From positions 14,196 through 78,195 of the forward strand of contig JBGQMY010000002.1 in assembly GCA_041500865.1 (NCBI GenBank): a DNA stretch of 64,000 bases. Reading direction: 5' to 3'. The notes under the pieces were generated by a model. The model was not told where the DNA came from. It was given only the letters and a program-made list of their open reading frames with translations, and made no database searches. The position numbers were made by a program, and so were the translations under genes. Source of the stretch: Candidatus Micrarchaeia archaeon. GTDB lineage: Archaea; Micrarchaeota; Micrarchaeia; Anstonellales; J096. Every line of letters starts with the position of its first letter. Position 1 is the first letter of the stretch. Of the stretch, positions 37,413 to 46,671 are shown piece after piece.

Positions 37413-39782
37413 CAGGCTGGACTGCTTTCCGGCGTTGGCCAATTCCTGCTCGCTTACCTTTAATTCTTTCAGCAGCTTCAAGACCGACGGTATGATTTGG
37501 TTGTTGACGTAATATTCTGCATCGTAGTTCGTCGCGGTGTCCAGCGGCTCGGCCTTGTCGGAGATGTTCCTGCCGTTTTTTGTCACGACGTAACTGATTA
37601 GCGTCCCCATGCCGACCTTTATGCCCTTTGCCATCATCTTCTTTGCAGCGCCAAGCTCCGGGCTTATGATTTCATAGTCCCTTATGTCCTTGTTGAGCTG
37701 CGTGTGAATCACAAGCTCTTTCAAAGGCACCTTGTTGCCCCTGAGCCTGGTTATGACGTCCTTGACGTAGTTTACGGCCTTGTCCTTGTTGCCTTCCCTC
37801 AGGATTATGTCCAAAACCGCCCTTTGCGTCTCCCTGGCTATCTTGCTCCAGTCCCGCCTTACCAATTCAAACCCCCTTATCTTGATTTTCCCGTTCTTGG
37901 AAAGCATGGCGTATTTCTTTTTCGCGCCTGACTCGTTGCCCTTCTTTGTGACGAATACGCCCCGTGCGTAGAAGTCCTCCAATTCCAGCTTCATGTCCCC
38001 GGGAAGCTTCGCGTTCATGTGGTCCAGGAAGTCCAGGACGTCCTTTTCCGTTTTCTTGTTCATGAGGATAAATAAGGAATCCGTGTCCATGTAAAGCACG
38101 TTGAACCCGAGCCTTTCAGCCTCCGCTTCCGCAGCCTTTATGTGCGCCCTCCCCCACGCCGTGACGCTGGATGCGCATTCCCTGGAATACCACCTGCTCT
38201 TCGGGTATCCCAAATAGCCGTAAAACGAGTTGGCGATTATCTTCAGCGCCTGGACCCTTGCCTTGAGCCTGTCATGCTCCTGCGTGCCTGGCTTGGCCTT
38301 CTTGGCCTCGCCCTTCAGCGAAATCCTGAGATCCAGCACCTCCTTCAAAACTGCCGGCACAAGCCCCAGCTTGCCATTTGCGAACTTCGTACCTGAAGGG
38401 GAGACGTGCACGTTGTCGCCTGTCTCCCTTATCTCGTACGGGTCCACGTTGTACGTCGTTATGATTGAGGGATACAGGCCCCTGAAGTCCAGCACCGCGA
38501 TGTTGTCGTATATGCCCGGCTCGGGCAGCTTCACGTATGCGCCCTCAATCGGGTTTGCGAGCCTTTTGTCCACTTCCTGCTCATTGGGCTTTTTCGGTAT
38601 CAGTATGCCGTTCTTCCTTGCGTAGAACATCAGCATGTTCTCAACGAACTGGCCGGTCGTCCCCAACGACGCGTCAAAGATGAACGTCTTTGAAAGCTTT
38701 GATATCTCCATCTCCAGCGGCAGCAAGGCCATGCCCAGTTCGTACGTTGACTGCGCGTCCATCAATGAATATTTCACAAGGTCTTCCGTCTTTTCGGGGT
38801 TGTCCCACAGCTCCCAGATGGCTGCCCTGTCCACCATGAGCTTTTCCTTTCCCAAAACTGCCTTGTAGACGTCGTAGAGCGTGAACTTCTCCGCGTCAAA
38901 TACGCCTATCCTCCCGAACATCTTGGCCATCGGGTACAGGTCCAGGTGTATCCTCCCGGTCATGTCGTACCCCTTGACGTTGCCCCTGCTGATTTTCCTC
39001 ATTTTCCCCCTTTCGCGGGAAAGGCTTGCGCCCCTGATTTTCAGCGCAGCCGCCCTTTCAAGCAGATAAGGGATGTCGAACACCGATGAGTTATAGCCAA
39101 TGACCATGTCCGGATCCTTCAGCTCGACAGTCTCAAGGAACCTGGATATGAGCGCCTCTTCCGAAGACACTTTTATTACGTTTTCGCCTTTCCCCTTGGT
39201 GGAGATGACCTTGTTCTCCTCCCAGTCTGCATAGCTTACCATGATGATTGGGTCCTTCCTTGAGTCGGGCATTATGCCGGGGTTGTAAACCTCCATGTCA
39301 AAGGCAAGCGACTTCCATTTGGCTTCAGGGTTCTCGTCGACCATCGTTATGCCGTTAAGGCTGTCCCCGTCAGCGTCTATCTCCACCATTGAGAACGGGA
39401 TAAGGTGCAGGTCTATCACCGCCCTTTTTTCGTACGGTATGTCGTACTCATAGCAGGATGCGTTGGAGAGCCTCCTGAAATAGTCCTTCAGCTTTGGGAC
39501 GTCGCTCGGCAGGTGGCAATACACTTTCAGCAGCGTCTTTTCGCTTTTCTCGCTGAGCTGGACAGGCTCCACCGTCTTGACCCTGATGAGCCTGCTTTCC
39601 TCTTCCTCGACCTGCGCGGCCATGATTTCCGTTGGATTGATGTTCTCGACGTAGAAATACGGGTCGTATTTGAATTTTACTGCCGTGTTTGTCCCGTCGG
39701 TCTTCAGGTGCAGGACAACGAAGCTCTGCTCGCCCTCGACCTCATGCCCGACGTCAAACAGCACGCCCTTCTTTATTGCCAT
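37395..39782 (-). CDS. polB: Family B DNA polymerase (PolB3-type) with 3'-5' exonuclease
   Basis: FDMEVY, YNSSVFD, DFRGLYPSII, KIIANSFYGY, YMDTDS; uracil-pocket motifs PSDVP and EYDIP. Confidence 0.96.
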   Translation of the reverse strand: MAIKKGVLFDVGHEVEGEQSFVVLHLKTDGTNTAVKFKYDPYFYVENINPTEIMAAQVEEEESRLIRVKTVEPVQLSEKSEKTLLKVYCHLPSDVPKLKDYFRRLSNASCYEYDIPYEKRAVIDLHLIPFSMVEIDADGDSLNGITMVDENPEAKWKSLAFDMEVYNPGIMPDSRKDPIIMVSYADWEENKVISTKGKGENVIKVSSEEALISRFLETVELKDPDMVIGYNSSVFDIPYLLERAAALKIRGASLSRERGKMRKISRGNVKGYDMTGRIHLDLYPMAKMFGRIGVFDAEKFTLYDVYKAVLGKEKLMVDRAAIWELWDNPEKTEDLVKYSLMDAQSTYELGMALLPLEMEISKLSKTFIFDASLGTTGQFVENMLMFYARKNGILIPKKPNEQEVDKRLANPIEGAYVKLPEPGIYDNIAVLDFRGLYPSIITTYNVDPYEIRETGDNVHVSPSGTKFANGKLGLVPAVLKEVLDLRISLKGEAKKAKPGTQEHDRLKARVQALKIIANSFYGYLGYPKSRWYSRECASSVTAWGRAHIKAAEAEAERLGFNVLYMDTDSLFILMNKKTEKDVLDFLDHMNAKLPGDMKLELEDFYARGVFVTKKGNESGAKKKYAMLSKNGKIKIRGFELVRRDWSKIARETQRAVLDIILREGNKDKAVNYVKDVITRLRGNKVPLKELVIHTQLNKDIRDYEIISPELGAAKKMMAKGIKVGMGTLISYVVTKNGRNISDKAEPLDTATNYDAEYYVNNQIIPSVLKLLKELKVSEQELANAGKQSSLSDFFH

Positions 39783-39857
39783 TGCATGGGTATCCCTGGA
39801 TAGGCTTAAAACGGTTGCGCAACGGCTTTTTTAACCTCTTTTGTCCATAATGGAGGC

Positions 39858-40610
39858 ATGGCGCAAAGGCTCAGAGAGTCTAAGATTAAAAAAGCAGCCA
39901 AACGGCCAGACCTGGCCAGCAAAAAGCTGCCGACTGAGGAAAGGAAGCCCAGCCAAAAGGAGCAGAATCGGCTTGATGCCAATCTCTTGATAGCGGCCGC
40001 GAATGGCTTGCTAGATGATGCCAGGAGGATGCTGAAGGCTGGGGCGAATATAGAGGCAAGGGACAAGAACGGATGGACCGCGCTTATGTATGCTGCACAG
40101 CATGGGCACACCAAAACCTGCAAGCTGCTGCTTGAAAAGGGCGCAGGAATCAAAGTGCAGGAGCGGCTTGATGCCCGCCTCCTGAAAGCGGCAGGGGAAG
40201 GCAGGACAGGAAAAGTCGGAAGGCTTCTGAAGAAAGGCGCAAGCATCGAGGCGGGGGACAGCATCGGCTGGACCCCGCTCATGATGGCCGCGTATGGGAA
40301 CAACATGGAAACCTGCGCGCTGCTGGTTGAAAAGGGCGCGGACGTCAACGCAAAAAGCAGGGAAAGCTGGAATGCGCTCATGCTGGCCGCGTGTTGGGGA
40401 TATACGGAAATCTGCGCCTTCCTGCTGGAAAAGGGCGCAGACGTGAATGCAAGCGACTATGATGGCAAAACCCCGCTAATAGTTGCAAGGGAAAACGGAA
40501 AAACAGAAACAGCCGAACTCCTGAAGATTTATTCGATGGCAAAGATAATGGACAGGGAAACGGCGGTTACGTTCATTTCCAGCTTCCGCGAGTGCATAGG
40601 TGGTGCCTGA
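39858..40610 (+). CDS. Ankyrin repeat protein
   Basis: Multiple GWT.LM.AA..G...TC.LL.EKGA repeats. Confidence 0.9.
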   Translation: MAQRLRESKIKKAAKRPDLASKKLPTEERKPSQKEQNRLDANLLIAAANGLLDDARRMLKAGANIEARDKNGWTALMYAAQHGHTKTCKLLLEKGAGIKVQERLDARLLKAAGEGRTGKVGRLLKKGASIEAGDSIGWTPLMMAAYGNNMETCALLVEKGADVNAKSRESWNALMLAACWGYTEICAFLLEKGADVNASDYDGKTPLIVARENGKTETAELLKIYSMAKIMDRETAVTFISSFRECIGGA

Positions 40611-41273
40611 ATGGCGCAAAAGCTCAGGGAGCCAAAAATCATCCATAAGATAAGGGAATTCTTCCATAAGCCTGAGCCTGACAATTCGGCAACGCTGCAG
40701 GAGCGGCTCAATGCCGACCTTTTGAAGGCTGCCGCAGGAGGCCAGACAAAGGAGGTTGAAACGCTGCTGGAAAAAGGCGCAGAATGGTGGGCGACGAGCG
40801 AAAGCGGCTTTACCGCGCTGATGTTTGCAGCAGGCAGGGGCCACGCAAGGGTCTGCGGGCTCCTGGTTGAACATGGCGCAAGCATTGACTCAAGGGCATT
40901 GAACGGCTCAACCCCGCTGATGCTTGCAGCAGGGAACGGGAAGTCGGAAACCTGCGCCTTGCTCATTGAAAAAGGCGCTGCCGTGAACGCAGTCAACGAG
41001 GACAGCAGCAACGGCTGGACAGCGCTGCATTGGGCGGCAATCAACGGGCACACCAAGGCATGCGCAGTCCTGGTTGCAAAAGGGGCCAAGATAATGGGGG
41101 AAAATGGCTTGCATGAGATTCCTGAACTTTTGGCTGAGAGGCAGGACAAAAGGGAGACGGCCGCGTTCCTCAGGCCCATCAGGGAGATGTGGTACTCGGC
41201 CGGCAACCTGGACGGCGCAAACGGCTTTGCCATATCCATATCGTTTTTCGGCAAATGCATCAAGGCGGCATAA
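40611..41273 (+). CDS. Ankyrin repeat protein
   Basis: G.T.LM.AAG.G repeats; starts directly after the upstream paralog. Confidence 0.9.
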   Translation: MAQKLREPKIIHKIREFFHKPEPDNSATLQERLNADLLKAAAGGQTKEVETLLEKGAEWWATSESGFTALMFAAGRGHARVCGLLVEHGASIDSRALNGSTPLMLAAGNGKSETCALLIEKGAAVNAVNEDSSNGWTALHWAAINGHTKACAVLVAKGAKIMGENGLHEIPELLAERQDKRETAAFLRPIREMWYSAGNLDGANGFAISISFFGKCIKAA

Positions 41274-41291
41274 TCCCATCTGATGCAGAAA

Positions 41292-41930
41292 TCAGTAATA
41301 TTTCAGGTCAAAATCTCCTAAGCTGTCGAATACCACCTGGATGCGCATATCACAGGCGTCCCTAAGCTCCTTGGAGCTGCCGTCAAACGTATGAAGATTT
41401 ACAATCCTCAGATTGAATCTCTTTATCATGTGCGCCATTGGAACAAAATCGGCATCCCCTGAAAAAAGGATTACTGCTTCGGCTTCCTTATTCATGGCTT
41501 TTTCTATTGCATCTATGGCAATCATAACATCAATGCCTTTCTCTTTTGTATTGTTTACCAAGCCCAATCTTGACAGGAATGCCCTTAATTTTGACTTGCA
41601 TGCATCCATCAAACCCACTTCATCTGAGGCAGAGGATATCTTCTCATCCGATATCTCATCATAATACTGCAATTTCCTTATTTTGATAGCTAGTTTTGGG
41701 CTGGCGCGCCTGAGCCTTTCGTGGAAACGCTGCTGTTTGGAATAGCCTTCCGGGTCTTTGCGGGAGTTCTTTACCGCGTCATAAAATATGATCTCTTTTA
41801 TTTTGAACTTTGAGCTGAGCTTTTCAAAAAGCTCTGAGTATTCTTCTCCATCAAAAGGCAGCACACCCATGTTTTTCAGGGAATGGTATGCATTTGAGCC
41901 GTCTATCAAAAGAATTGCGGACAAGACCAT
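41292..41930 (-). CDS. NYN (PIN-like, LabA/DUF88) domain protein
   Basis: LIDGSN, EKGIDVMIAID and SGDADF acidic motifs. Confidence 0.9.
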   Translation of the reverse strand: MVLSAILLIDGSNAYHSLKNMGVLPFDGEEYSELFEKLSSKFKIKEIIFYDAVKNSRKDPEGYSKQQRFHERLRRASPKLAIKIRKLQYYDEISDEKISSASDEVGLMDACKSKLRAFLSRLGLVNNTKEKGIDVMIAIDAIEKAMNKEAEAVILFSGDADFVPMAHMIKRFNLRIVNLHTFDGSSKELRDACDMRIQVVFDSLGDFDLKYY

Positions 41931-42026
41931 AGAATCACTTAAGCCCACGTTTGCAGCATTTCTACTGCAACCGTGGGGACTCAATCTTAAGTATTATTTA
42001 TGTCCAAACATTTAAAAACAAGCAAG

Positions 42027-42434
42027 TTATTTCGCTTTCCTGAACTTGAAGCCGTAGTTTATGACGCCGTCAGGGTCGTACTGCTGTATCTTGCGGAAAA
42101 CCATCTCGACCTTGTCGCCCATCTTTATCCTGTCTTCCGTGATGTCGACGATTTGGCCAAGGACCTTCGCGCCTTCTTCCAATTCTATTATCGCGATGAT
42201 GTAGGGCGTTGCGGTCTCAAATCCGACCGGCCCCGAATAAACGGTTGAATAGCTGTATATCTTTCCCTTTCCGGAAAACGTGTAAGGCGTTATCTTTCCT
42301 TTTCTTCTGCAGTGCGGGCAGACTTTCCTTGGCGGAAAATAATAGTTTTTGCAGTTGCTGCACATCGTGCCTTCCATCCTGTAGCGCTCGGGTATCCTTC
42401 TCCAGTTGATAGGTATGCTTTCCCTCATGGACAT
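42027..42434 (-). CDS. DUF35-type Zn-ribbon OB-fold protein
   Basis: CxxC-x10-CxxC, GKIYSYS.V, PY..A.IELEEG, YGFKF; AGGTGA SD. Confidence 0.9.
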   Translation of the reverse strand: MSMRESIPINWRRIPERYRMEGTMCSNCKNYYFPPRKVCPHCRRKGKITPYTFSGKGKIYSYSTVYSGPVGFETATPYIIAIIELEEGAKVLGQIVDITEDRIKMGDKVEMVFRKIQQYDPDGVINYGFKFRKAK

Positions 42435-42438
42435 TCAC

Positions 42439-43647
42439 CTAGAAAACCGCGTAAACCTTGCCCCTCTTGTCAACCGTCAAAACAGTCTCTCCGGAAAACT
42501 TGAACGTCTTTGACTTCGCCTTTTCAAGCCTTATGCTCATGCCTTCCTTAATCAGCGCGCCCCTGTTCTCGAAAAGGTAGATTATGCCCTCCTTGCCTTC
42601 GGGGTCGGCCACGGTCAGCCTCGTATAGACTTCCCTTGCGTTCTTGGTCCTGTCATACTGCCGGTGCTCAACTTTCTTGACAAGCAGATAGTCCGTAGTT
42701 ATGTTCTTCCACCCGTCCTTTATGTTGCTTATGTCGGTCAGCTTGACTTCCTTGAAGTTCCTCCTTGCGAGCTTGAAAGCCACGTCGACCTGGTGGTCCA
42801 AGAACTTTTTCAGCGTGTCCCTCTGGTGCTCAATCAGATGTTCGTCGTCCGAAATCATCATTGAGTCGTATGCCATCCTTATTATGGACGGCTCGCCCTC
42901 CTCCATGACCTTCTTTTCTTCTTCGGTAAACAGGTTGTCCTTTGTCATGTCCTCGGCTTCCCTGCCTATGAGGTCTGCCGCGTCCGCTGAAGGCGCCGCG
43001 AACCCGGCCTCCGCTATGCCGATGTCCTCCTTTTTCGGCGCTTCCTGCGCAGCCCCCTGTTTTGGCTCCCCTTGTTTTTCCTGGGCCGGCTTTTCGTGAT
43101 GGGCCTGCCTCTCCTCCTTTGCTTCCGGCTTTTCCTCATCCTTCTGCACGGAATACAGGTTCATGACATGCGTCAAAAGATTCTGGAACGTGCTCTTGTC
43201 CTTGTGCATGAACGCCAGCTCGAACAGCTTCGGCTTGAGCTGTTCCGCCTTTTCCTTGCCCATTGATTTCTCGAACTCCTTCTGCAGCGGGTCAAGCATC
43301 TTCTCCTTCTGCTCCTTCTCGGCCTCCAGCATGGGCTTGTGCTCCGGCTCCTCCTTCCTTCCGCCCGAGAAGTCCACGCCCCTGAACAGCTCCGTCATCG
43401 GGAGCATGTCCGGCTTGTTTTGCCTCATCCTTGCCAGCCCTTCGTTGGCCGTCTTCACGACTTCCTTGTTCTTGTCGTTGGAAAGCTCCAGCATTGCCAG
43501 CGTGGCGCCTGGGTCGTTGATTTCAGCCAGCTTCCTTGCCGTCGCAATCCTTACCTTGGGGTTTGAGTCGAATGTCAGCGAAATGAGGCGCGCAACCTCC
43601 TTCTGGTCGTATTCCATGCCATCAGCCAATATTGGGTTTAAGGGCAT
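42439..43647 (-). CDS. HEAT-repeat protein with probable C-terminal OB-fold
   Basis: N-terminal DSNPKVRI.TAR.L HEAT-like repeats, acidic linker, beta-rich C-terminus (LTVADPEGKEG.IYLF). Confidence 0.65.
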   Translation of the reverse strand: MPLNPILADGMEYDQKEVARLISLTFDSNPKVRIATARKLAEINDPGATLAMLELSNDKNKEVVKTANEGLARMRQNKPDMLPMTELFRGVDFSGGRKEEPEHKPMLEAEKEQKEKMLDPLQKEFEKSMGKEKAEQLKPKLFELAFMHKDKSTFQNLLTHVMNLYSVQKDEEKPEAKEERQAHHEKPAQEKQGEPKQGAAQEAPKKEDIGIAEAGFAAPSADAADLIGREAEDMTKDNLFTEEEKKVMEEGEPSIIRMAYDSMMISDDEHLIEHQRDTLKKFLDHQVDVAFKLARRNFKEVKLTDISNIKDGWKNITTDYLLVKKVEHRQYDRTKNAREVYTRLTVADPEGKEGIIYLFENRGALIKEGMSIRLEKAKSKTFKFSGETVLTVDKRGKVYAVF

Positions 43648-43733
43648 GGGTTTTTATAGCTAATCCGGTTTTTTGGGGGGTTTTTGTGTGTTTTATATAG
43701 TGTTTAAAAAAGGTTCCGTGCCATAGCCAGACT

Positions 43734-44372
43734 ATGGAGAGCATGCAGAGGCTTGTTCCGCTTAGAAACGAAGTGTCAAACCAGAGGTATGGCACCTACC
43801 TGAGCGCCAGGCAGATGCTCAAGAGCAAGGGCGGGCTTCCGCGCATGGCATTCTGCTCAAAGGGCGTTCTTGACGATTACTGCGACAGCGGAGGGGCGCT
43901 GCCTTTTTGGCTGAACGAGATTGTTGCGCATGGCTCGCACAGGTGGAGCAAGGGCGCCGAACTGATGGGCGGGCTTGAGGACTACTCATTCGGCTGGAAG
44001 GTGCCCTTTTCCTACCTGAAGGATCCTTCAATAATCTTTGGCGACGCGTTTGCGCCGGGCGCAGTGCTCATAATAGCGCCCAAGATGCTTGAGATCGGCA
44101 GGAAAAAGGTCATTGTGCATCCGCAAACGATAGCCGTATCCATTGTGGAGTCCGGCAAAAGCCTGATAACCGTCAAGCTGGGCGGAGTAACCATACGCAT
44201 CATGGGCAGCATGGTCCCGTGCGTAAGGCCTGCCAGGATGGAGCTGAACGGCTGCGTTTCGCTGCCAAGGACAAGGTTTTCAGGCACCCATGTCGCATAT
44301 ATGCAGGGGGCGGACATCTCGCCTGCCTTGGCCATCGGCTCCAATGAAGGGAAGCCCATTGTTATGCCTTAA
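43734..44372 (+). CDS. Hypothetical protein
   Basis: Fills the gap between genes, TTTAAAAA about 25 nt upstream, no recognisable family. Confidence 0.6.
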   Translation: MESMQRLVPLRNEVSNQRYGTYLSARQMLKSKGGLPRMAFCSKGVLDDYCDSGGALPFWLNEIVAHGSHRWSKGAELMGGLEDYSFGWKVPFSYLKDPSIIFGDAFAPGAVLIIAPKMLEIGRKKVIVHPQTIAVSIVESGKSLITVKLGGVTIRIMGSMVPCVRPARMELNGCVSLPRTRFSGTHVAYMQGADISPALAIGSNEGKPIVMP

Positions 44373-44386
44373 AAGGATTCTGGCTG

Positions 44387-44995
44387 TCACATTAGGGGCG
44401 GGATGCCCATCGCGCTGCTGTAAATGAATTCCTTTTGCGGCGGAAATGACTGCATTGCGCTCATCTCGCGCATCTTTTCCGCCAGCTTGGTTGCGCCGGA
44501 AAGCCTGAACTGCTCGTATGCAAGCCCGAACAGCTCGGTCTTCGCGTATGCCAGCCCCAGCATCCTGCGCTCGTGTATTGTCATGCCGTTTCCTACCGCA
44601 AGGTATTCGTCTATCGCCTTGCTGTACCTCTTGGAGGCGTAGAACAGCATTGCGGCGGCATTGTGCATGCCATCCATGCTGAATACGTGGCCTATGAATG
44701 AGAGCGCTGACGGTTTTGTGAAGCCATACTGCAACAGGGCGTCAACGGCGTTTGTTTCGGAACCCATCATCAGCGAGGCCAATGATATGCCGAGCAGGTC
44801 CCCGCTTTTCTTGTATGCCGCAATCGCCTCAACAAGCTTCCTTGACTTCAGCAGCAGGTCGGCAGTGCCAGCAGGGCCGATGAACATCTTTGTGTAGGCC
44901 TTTTTCGCGATATGGCCGACCATCGGCTCGGTGTTTATTATGAGCTTCCTGATGCCTTCCCTGAAATGGCGCTTTTCCTGTGTTTTGTTTTGCAT
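44387..44995 (-). CDS. Hypothetical helical (TPR-like) protein
   Basis: EAIAAYKK, KAIDEY and LGLAYAK TPR-like motifs; paralog of the next gene. Confidence 0.65.
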   Translation of the reverse strand: MQNKTQEKRHFREGIRKLIINTEPMVGHIAKKAYTKMFIGPAGTADLLLKSRKLVEAIAAYKKSGDLLGISLASLMMGSETNAVDALLQYGFTKPSALSFIGHVFSMDGMHNAAAMLFYASKRYSKAIDEYLAVGNGMTIHERRMLGLAYAKTELFGLAYEQFRLSGATKLAEKMREMSAMQSFPPQKEFIYSSAMGIPPLM

Positions 44996-45043
44996 GGTTA
45001 TGTTTTATGGCAAAAGGAATAAAAAGCTTGTTTTTGGCCTTTG

Positions 45044-45577
45044 CTATGCCCTGGCCCTGCGCGCACGCTTCTTTTTTTGCTGCTTTATCCTGTATATTTC
45101 GGTATCGGCGTCGCCGATCCTGCGCTGCTTCTTTTCTAGCATTGGCCCAAATGCCCTAGGCGGGACGATGTTGGCCCTGCGCAGGTACCAGAATTCCGGG
45201 CGGCCTGCCATCACCACGCCGTCCAGCAGGACCACCTTCCTTATGAACAGGGCCGCGGCCCCCTTGGAAAACAGGTATTTCTCATTCAGGGTCTTTATGG
45301 CGCCGTCGGTGTCGCCCATCCTGAGCTGGGCGATTGACATGCCTAGCCAGTTTCCCCTGTCCTGGTATAGGCCCTTGGCAGCCTCGAACTCCCCGCGCCT
45401 CATCGAGAAGTCACCGGACTTCAGTTTCTTGGCCGTGTACATCCTTTCGTATGCCTTTTTTGCTATACATTCTGCTATCGGCGGCCTGCTTATGATGAAT
45501 CTCCTTAGGCGGTTAGTCAGTACGTTACCCTTCCAGTGCCTTCTTGCCCTGGAGTCGGGGAGCCGTTGCGGAATCAT
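45044..45577 (-). CDS. Hypothetical basic TPR-like protein
   Basis: Aligns with 44387-44995 (IAKKAY..M; G..LG.S.A.L.MG); similar upstream sequence. Confidence 0.6.
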   Translation of the reverse strand: MIPQRLPDSRARRHWKGNVLTNRLRRFIISRPPIAECIAKKAYERMYTAKKLKSGDFSMRRGEFEAAKGLYQDRGNWLGMSIAQLRMGDTDGAIKTLNEKYLFSKGAAALFIRKVVLLDGVVMAGRPEFWYLRRANIVPPRAFGPMLEKKQRRIGDADTEIYRIKQQKKKRARRARA

Positions 45578-45668
45578 AGTTATATTTAGTGGCAAAGAGT
45601 ATAAAAACCTTCTTTGGCTAATGCGGGGGATTCTAAAAGGTTTTTAACTGTTTGTCCCATATTGTTTT

Positions 45669-46112
45669 ATGCTTTCCGAATCGCGGTATGTGAAATCGGA
45701 CATTGTCTTGCGCGAGATGGCGATAGACTCGTCTGTCAAGCTGTCGCGGGAAAGCCTTTTGCGGTGGCTTGCCCTGTCCTTGGGCCTTGTTGAAAGGAAC
45801 GAAAGCAGGACTAATGTCATTCCGTTGCTTGACGTCTTGGTTGACGCGCATGTTTCCTCTGAGGGCTTGGAGCTGATGGAGCTGTACAAGCGCGTGAACA
45901 AGAAATCCGCGATGGACGACAAGACCGTTTATTATCATGTTAATAGGCTGAAGAAGATGGGCCTTGTTTCGAAAAAAGGGAATCTTTATTATTTGGGCGA
46001 CGGGTTTGAGAAGGACCTGAACACGATAATCGAAAATGCGTACAAGACTCGCATGGACGGCGCGTTTAGCTCTATTCGCGAAGCGGTCAATAGTTTGCAG
46101 AGCCGGAAATAG
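45669..46112 (+). CDS. Winged-HTH protein
   Basis: TVYYHVNRLKKMGLVSKKGNLYYL. Confidence 0.75.
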   Translation: MLSESRYVKSDIVLREMAIDSSVKLSRESLLRWLALSLGLVERNESRTNVIPLLDVLVDAHVSSEGLELMELYKRVNKKSAMDDKTVYYHVNRLKKMGLVSKKGNLYYLGDGFEKDLNTIIENAYKTRMDGAFSSIREAVNSLQSRK

Positions 46113-46114
46113 CC

Positions 46115-46447
46115 TCAATACAGTTTTCCGCCGATTGGAACTTCCCTTTCAGGCTGGATTAAGACGCATTCCTTGTCTTGGCCAGGAACCCCCAATGTCA
46201 AAACTTCCGATAAAAACGGGCCAATCTTTCTTGGCGGAAAATTGACGACGCAAAGGACCAGTTTGCCTTTCAGGCTTTCCTTCTTGTAATTTTTCACTGC
46301 CTGCACGCTTGACGCCTTTATCCCGATTTCGCCGCCCAAGTCGATTTTCAGCTTATATGCGGGCTTTTTCGCTTCAGGAAAATCCTCAACCTCTATGATT
46401 TTCCCAACACGGATATCCAGCTTCTGAAAATCATCGGATGTTGCCAT
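46115..46447 (-). CDS. csaA: CsaA/Trbp111-type tRNA-binding chaperone
   Basis: DFQKLDIRVGKI...FPEAKKPAYKL...VVNFPPRKIG.F.SEVLTLG. Confidence 0.9.
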   Translation of the reverse strand: MATSDDFQKLDIRVGKIIEVEDFPEAKKPAYKLKIDLGGEIGIKASSVQAVKNYKKESLKGKLVLCVVNFPPRKIGPFLSEVLTLGVPGQDKECVLIQPEREVPIGGKLY

Positions 46448-46511
46448 ATGGACAATAATCAATAGTTAAGATTAAAAACTGGCTTTTCATTAGTTGTGGA
46501 AGGTGATGTTC

Positions 46512-46598
46512 ATGGCAAAAAAGAAGGAAAAGAGCAGGCACGAGAACAAATACGCGAGCTTTTCAAAAAAGGCAAAGAACAAGCAGTCCGAGAAATGA
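46512..46598 (+). CDS. Putative 28-aa basic peptide (not in ORF track)
   Basis: GGAAGGTGAT SD followed by MAKKKEKSRHENKYASFSKKAKNKQSEK*. Confidence 0.5.
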   Translation: MAKKKEKSRHENKYASFSKKAKNKQSEK

Positions 46599-46671
46599 TT
46601 TCTTAGAGGCTGCCGATGGTTTGCAGGGCCGGAAGGCTTGCGATTAAATACCTATCTGAAGAAACAAAAGC

